Part shown: positions 60,211 through 64,000 of the stretch, one piece after another
Layout: each line of letters opens with the position of its first letter
Position numbering within the stretch: position 1 is the first letter of the stretch
Assembly (NCBI GenBank): GCA_041697335.1
Contig: JBGUGD010000030.1
Location: 89,665-153,664 of the forward strand
DNA length: 64,000 nucleotides
Source of the DNA: Vampirovibrionaceae bacterium NZW_1234
Lineage (GTDB): Bacteria; Cyanobacteriota; Vampirovibrionia; Vampirovibrionales; JAGQHJ01
Direction: 5' to 3'
Notes under the pieces: generated by a model
What the model saw: only the letters and a program-made list of their open reading frames with translations
Databases searched by the model: none
What the model was told of the DNA's origin: nothing
Program-made: the position numbers and the translations under genes

Positions 60211-62120
60211 CGAACGGCCTCAGGCTCAGGTGTCTCGGTGGATGCCGGGGTGCTTCGCTTGCGTTGGGCCAGGACGATTTGAATGACTGAGATATCTGCG
60301 GGCGTGATGCCGGGGATGCGCATGGCTTGGGCCAAGGTGTCGGGCTTGATTTTGGCCAGCTTCTCCCGGCCTTCGTTGGAGAGCTGGGCAATGGCAGTGT
60401 AGTCTAAATCGGCAGGCAGTTTGACCTTGTGGGCGTCGGCCAGGCGGGCGACACTTTTGGCCTGCTTGTCGATATAGCCCTGGTACTTGATTTCGGTCTC
60501 GACGTAGAGGGCCACGTCCGCCGGGACGTCTTGAAGTGCGGGGGCAATCTGACCCATCATGGCAAAACTGACCTGGGGGCGAAGCAGAAGATCATGGACG
60601 CTGGTGCGCTCTTTCAGGGGGACGACCCCAGCGGCTTCCAGGACCGGATTGACATCGGTCAAGGCCGGTTTCGTGGTTTTTAAGGTCTCAAAGAGGGCTT
60701 CAACCCGTTGGGATTTGGCTTCAAAGACGGCCCAGCGCTCGGCATCGACCAGGCCAATCTCTCGGCCCAGTGGGGTGAGACGCACATCGGCATTGTCCTG
60801 GCGCAGCAGGAGGCGGTATTCGCTTCGGCTGGTCAGCATGCGGTAGGGCTCCCGGATCTCTTTGGTGACGAGATCATCGATGAGCGTCCCGATGTAGGAG
60901 GATTCCCGGGGCAGGACAAAGGGATCCTGCTTGCCCGCAAAGCGTGCGGCATTGATGCCTGCCATCAGGCCTTGGGCCGCCGCTTCTTCGTAGCCGCTGG
61001 TGCCGTTGATTTGACCGGCGAGAAACAGGCCGGGCAGGGTTTTGGCCATCAGATCCGGATGCAGCTGGTAGGCCGGGAAGTAGTCGTATTCGACAGCACA
61101 GGCCGGGCGGATGAGGCTCACGTTCTCCAGGCCGGGCAGGGTTTTGAGCATGGCCATCTGGACATCGATGGGCAGGCTTGAGGAGAAGCCCTGGAGGTAC
61201 ATCTCGTAGCTGTCCCGGCTTTCGGGTTCAATAAAGAGATGGTGGCTGTCCTTGTCGGCAAAGCGGACGACCTTGTCCTCAATGGAGGGGCAATAGCGGG
61301 GGCCGCTGCCTTCGATCATGCCCTGAAACATGGGTGAGCGGTGCATGTTCTCATGGATCAGCTGGTGGGTGGCTTCGGTGGTGCGGGTCATATAGCACGG
61401 CAGCTGCTCACGTACCGGGCGGTCGGGCAGGAAGGAAAAGAAGGTCGGATGCTCATCGCCCGGGTGAACCGGCAAGTGGGTATAGTCAATGGTTCTGCCG
61501 TCGATGCGGGGTGGGGTGCCGGTTTTCAGACGCCCGGTTTCCAGGCCCAGCTCAATGAGGCTTGCGGTAATGCCGGTAGAGGCCGATTCGCCAGGACGGC
61601 CGCCGGAGAAGCATTTTTCGCCGACAAAGAGCTTGCCGTTCAGGAAGGTCCCGGTGGTGAGGACCACGGCCTTACAGGGGTAGAGAATGCCAAAGCTGTC
61701 TTCCACACCGGTGACTTCTCGGGTCACCGGGTCGGTGACCACACGCACGGCCATGGTTTGGCGCAGGCTGAGGTTGGGTTCGCTCTCCACCAGCTTGCGG
61801 GCAAAGACCTTGTACTCGGTCTTGTCGGACTGGGCTCGAAGGGCCTGGACCGCGGGGCCCTTGCTCTGGTTCAGGGTCTTGAGCTGCAGGTAGGTGGCAT
61901 CGGCACAGATGCCCATAACACCGCCTAAGGCATCGATTTCTCGAACCAATTGGCTCTTGGCCGGGCCTCCGATGGCGGGGTTACAGCTCATTTGGCCTAT
62001 GGTTTCAAGGCTCATGCACATCAGCAGGGTTTGGCAACCCAGACGGGCTGCTGCCATGGCGGCTTCGATGCCGGCGTGGCCGCCGCCGACCACGATGATA
62101 TCGTGAGATTTCTCAATCAT
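60207..62120 (-). CDS. mnmG: tRNA uridine-5-carboxymethylaminomethyl modification enzyme MnmG (GidA)
   Basis: N-terminal [22 protein letters not shown] (FAD). 637 aa. Confidence 0.95.
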   Translation of the reverse strand: MIEKSHDIIVVGGGHAGIEAAMAAARLGCQTLLMCMSLETIGQMSCNPAIGGPAKSQLVREIDALGGVMGICADATYLQLKTLNQSKGPAVQALRAQSDKTEYKVFARKLVESEPNLSLRQTMAVRVVTDPVTREVTGVEDSFGILYPCKAVVLTTGTFLNGKLFVGEKCFSGGRPGESASTGITASLIELGLETGRLKTGTPPRIDGRTIDYTHLPVHPGDEHPTFFSFLPDRPVREQLPCYMTRTTEATHQLIHENMHRSPMFQGMIEGSGPRYCPSIEDKVVRFADKDSHHLFIEPESRDSYEMYLQGFSSSLPIDVQMAMLKTLPGLENVSLIRPACAVEYDYFPAYQLHPDLMAKTLPGLFLAGQINGTSGYEEAAAQGLMAGINAARFAGKQDPFVLPRESSYIGTLIDDLVTKEIREPYRMLTSRSEYRLLLRQDNADVRLTPLGREIGLVDAERWAVFEAKSQRVEALFETLKTTKPALTDVNPVLEAAGVVPLKERTSVHDLLLRPQVSFAMMGQIAPALQDVPADVALYVETEIKYQGYIDKQAKSVARLADAHKVKLPADLDYTAIAQLSNEGREKLAKIKPDTLAQAMRIPGITPADISVIQIVLAQRKRSTPASTETPEPEAVR

Positions 62121-62125
62121 GGCCC

Positions 62126-62154
62126 CATTGTAGCGGAGGCGAGAAGGACATTCA
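62126..62154 (-). promoter_or_regulatory. near-consensus sigma70 promoter of mnmG; predicted leaderless transcript
   Basis: On the minus strand: TTGAAT (62154-62149), a 17-nt spacer, then TACAAT (62131-62126). The ATG is at 62120, which puts the TSS at or 1-2 nt before the start codon. No SD is present. Confidence 0.55.
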
Positions 62155-62207
62155 ACCCGGCTTTCTGATTTGAATCATGGGCGTGTGTGGGCCGCCCAGT
62201 CGGGGGG

Positions 62208-62315
62208 CGCGTGATTTACGCGTGATTTGCGCGTGAATCGCGCGTGATTTACGCGTGTTTTGCGTGTCAGGACGCGTGATTTTGGCGTGAATTCGCGGAA
62301 ATGCGCGTGGGATCG
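62208..62315. repeat. tandem array of 11-bp direct repeats (consensus CGCGTGATTTR); 5 near-perfect copies plus about 5 degenerate copies, exact 11-bp phasing
   Basis: CGCGTGATTTA / CGCGTGATTTG / CGCGTGAATCG / CGCGTGATTTA / CGCGTGTTTTG are contiguous at 62208-62262. Degenerate units follow (CGTGTCAGGA, CGCGTGATTTTGG, CGTGAATTCG, CGCGTGGGATCG). Confidence 0.8.
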
Positions 62316-62412
62316 GCGTTCGGCTGATGAGGGTGTCTAAGGCTGAAATCCTCTCTGGGAAAGGATGTTGGCGTATTTGGTTGTCGTTGAAAACGGCTTT
62401 TCATATTTTTTT

Positions 62413-62455
62413 CGGGATTTTTACGCGATTTTACGCGTTTTTCCGTTTTTTATGA
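62413..62455. promoter_or_regulatory. phased T-tracts (about 10-bp periodicity) / AT-rich unwinding-like element
   Basis: gggaTTTTTacgcgaTTTTacgcgTTTTTccgTTTTTTatg. The T4-6 runs recur every 10-11 bp. Confidence 0.5.
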
Positions 62456-62490
62456 AGGGATTAAGGGGGTGAAATATATCGTTATTATAG

Positions 62491-62521
62491 CAAAAGAACC
62501 TGCCCGAAGGCAGATTCTTTT
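62491..62521. terminator. bidirectional hairpin terminator (serves the thiolase gene on the minus strand)
   Basis: aaaagaaCCTGCCcgaaGGCAGattctttt: a 5-6 bp GC stem with a 4-nt loop and T/A runs on both sides, about 45 nt after the thiolase stop. Confidence 0.55.
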
Positions 62522-62561
62522 GAATTTCTTAAGGTTTTAGCGGATTGTAGGGCTTAGGCCC

Positions 62562-64000
62562 TTAAGCAGACGGGGGCTTCCACTTGGGGTTTTCTACAAT
62601 GATGGCCATGCCTTGGCCGCCGCCCATGCACAGGGTGGCAAGGCCATAACGAAGGTTTTCCCGCTGGAGGTCTTTGGCCAGGGTGGTCACAATCCGGGCG
62701 CCTGAGGCCGCCAGAGGGTGACCAAGGGCAATGGCCCCGCCCTTGACATTGGTTTTACGCAGGAGGGCGTCATAAGGTACGTTGTAGGTGGCCGACCAGT
62801 CTTTCATGGTGGCTACGGCAACACTGGCAAAGGCCTCGTTGATTTCAAAGCGATCGATATCGCTGAATTGGATGTTCACGCCTTTTTTCTGGGCTCCCAG
62901 CAAGGCGGCTTTTGCGGCTTCGGCGGCACCTCTACCCATCAGGTCGGGATCGACCCCGACTTTGCCAATCGAGACGATCCGGGCCAAGGGGGTTTTTCCC
63001 AGGCGTTCCAGAGTCTCTTTGTTGGAGACCAGGACAGCGGCAGCCCCGTCAGTAATGCGGCTTGCGTTCCCAGCCGTGTTGACCGCTTTTTCCAGGGTGG
63101 GTTCCGTTGGGCGTTCGGAGCGCTTGATGAGGCCAGTCATCTTGCCTAAGGTGGTGAGCATGCCGCCTTTTTTACCCCCACCGGAGCGGCGGCGCAATTT
63201 GGCCAACGATTCCACCTTGACCGACAGGCCCCGGACCCCTTCATCTTCGGCCAGAAGCACCTTGCCGGTCTCGTCTTTGACCGGGACGATCTCGTCCTTG
63301 AGTTTGCCTTCGAGGATGGCCATGCCGGCGTTGTGCTGGCTTCGAGCGGAGTACTCGTCCAGTTCCTTGTTGGTCAGCCGGTATTCCTGGGCCAGATCAT
63401 CCCCGGTTTCCATCATGTTGCGCTTGACCAGGTCATGGCGCAGGCCTTCATACAGGGTGTAGCGAAAATCCCAACTGCTGGGGTTGCCTGCTTTTTTGCC
63501 GCTCACCTGGGCAATGGCCCGCTCAATGTCCTTACCCAGCGCCTGCTGAACATCTTTCTTGGTTTGGCGGTAGCGCCACAACAAGGGGAGTGCCGTAAAG
63601 AGGTTGGCCTTTTTGGCCTGATCCCCCAGGTGCTGGAAGCGCTGCATGAGTTTAAAAGAGGAAAACGGGGCGTTGGACATGCTTTCCGTTCCCCCGGCCA
63701 GGACCATAATGTCTTGGTCCGTGTCTTTGGTGATGCCGATTTTGACGGCCGCATCATGAATGGCGCTGAGACTGGAGGCGCAGACATCGTTAATCATCTT
63801 GGCCGTAGTGCCAACCGCTCCGCCAATGCCGCCGCCCTGGCCATCGTTGGGCTCCAGCACCGTGTTTCTGGCCGCATAGGGCACCTGGGTGCTTGAGGGA
63901 ATGACGTTGCCGATGATTACCGACCGGACAATGTTGGCGGGAACCCCGGTGGCGTCCAGCAGCCCTTGGGCGGCGGTGGCAAAGAGCTGTTTTTCGTTGC
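62562..64000 (-). CDS. acetyl-CoA C-acetyltransferase (thiolase), 5'-partial (N-terminus beyond the window end)
   Basis: The open reading frame continues past 63884 to the window edge (...KELFATAAQGLLDATGVPANIVRSVIIGNVIPSSTQVPYAARN...). The active-site Cys region is DVCASSLSAI. The C-terminal motifs are GHPLAASGARI and CMGGGQGMA. Confidence 0.8.
   Translation of the reverse strand, partial: NEKQLFATAAQGLLDATGVPANIVRSVIIGNVIPSSTQVPYAARNTVLEPNDGQGGGIGGAVGTTAKMINDVCASSLSAIHDAAVKIGITKDTDQDIMVLAGGTESMSNAPFSSFKLMQRFQHLGDQAKKANLFTALPLLWRYRQTKKDVQQALGKDIERAIAQVSGKKAGNPSSWDFRYTLYEGLRHDLVKRNMMETGDDLAQEYRLTNKELDEYSARSQHNAGMAILEGKLKDEIVPVKDETGKVLLAEDEGVRGLSVKVESLAKLRRRSGGGKKGGMLTTLGKMTGLIKRSERPTEPTLEKAVNTAGNASRITDGAAAVLVSNKETLERLGKTPLARIVSIGKVGVDPDLMGRGAAEAAKAALLGAQKKGVNIQFSDIDRFEINEAFASVAVATMKDWSATYNVPYDALLRKTNVKGGAIALGHPLAASGARIVTTLAKDLQRENLRYGLATLCMGGGQGMAIIVENPKWKPPSA

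Noticed and set aside
1-64000. CRISPR arrays, rRNA genes, transposase/IS elements, integrases
   Set aside because: Other than the short 11-bp array at 62208-62315, there are no spaced direct repeats of 24-40 bp. There are no rRNA-like conserved blocks and no transposase or integrase catalytic motifs in any frame.

Overview
This window looks like a chromosomal segment of roughly 55% GC from a Gram-negative-type bacterium. It is densely packed with housekeeping genes. I support 47 protein-coding features, one RNA gene (tRNA-Val) and 11 regulatory or repeat features; there is no rRNA and no CRISPR. The main blocks are: (i) a surface-polysaccharide cluster at 3.1-11 kb (mannose-1-P guanylyltransferase, a GT2 enzyme, a Wzy-like protein, a GT-A-like protein, a GT4 enzyme and a Wzc-like PCP-2 protein), in which the wzy and GT genes are clearly more AT-rich than their surroundings; (ii) two similar but separate FliD (flagellar cap) paralogues at 11-12.8 kb and 51.9-53.7 kb, with no other flagellar genes nearby; (iii) repair and replication genes (uvrB, mfd, an AddB-like PD-(D/E)XK nuclease paired with an AddA/UvrD-like helicase, and an SbcD-like phosphoesterase paired with a membrane-anchored SbcC/YhaN-like ATPase); (iv) translation and metabolism genes (rimO, asnS, gatC, pyrG, aroQ, mnmG, a thiolase, GDH, a phosphohexomutase, a GH57 glucanotransferase, a polyprenyl synthase and system-II cytochrome c biogenesis ccsB/ccsA). 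prfB carries the canonical programmed +1 frameshift (CTT TGA C after a 24-codon leader). The most unusual non-coding structure lies between mnmG and the thiolase gene: a head-to-tail array of about ten 11-bp repeats (CGCGTGATTTR) with exact helical phasing, followed by T-tracts phased at about 10 bp, directly upstream of a textbook leaderless sigma70 promoter for mnmG. This is a candidate iteron or origin-like element. Other things worth a second look: a Wzc-like protein with a degenerate P-loop and no Tyr cluster; a GDH with a roughly 150-aa N-terminal extension; a secreted 700-aa HExxH protein; an HTH gene with a perfect operator palindrome in an AT-rich island; and tandem KGG stress-protein paralogues. 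I did not find a self-contained novel multi-gene system with confidence. The repeat array and the SbcD/SbcC(TM)-orphan-ABC-hypothetical neighbourhood are the best leads.
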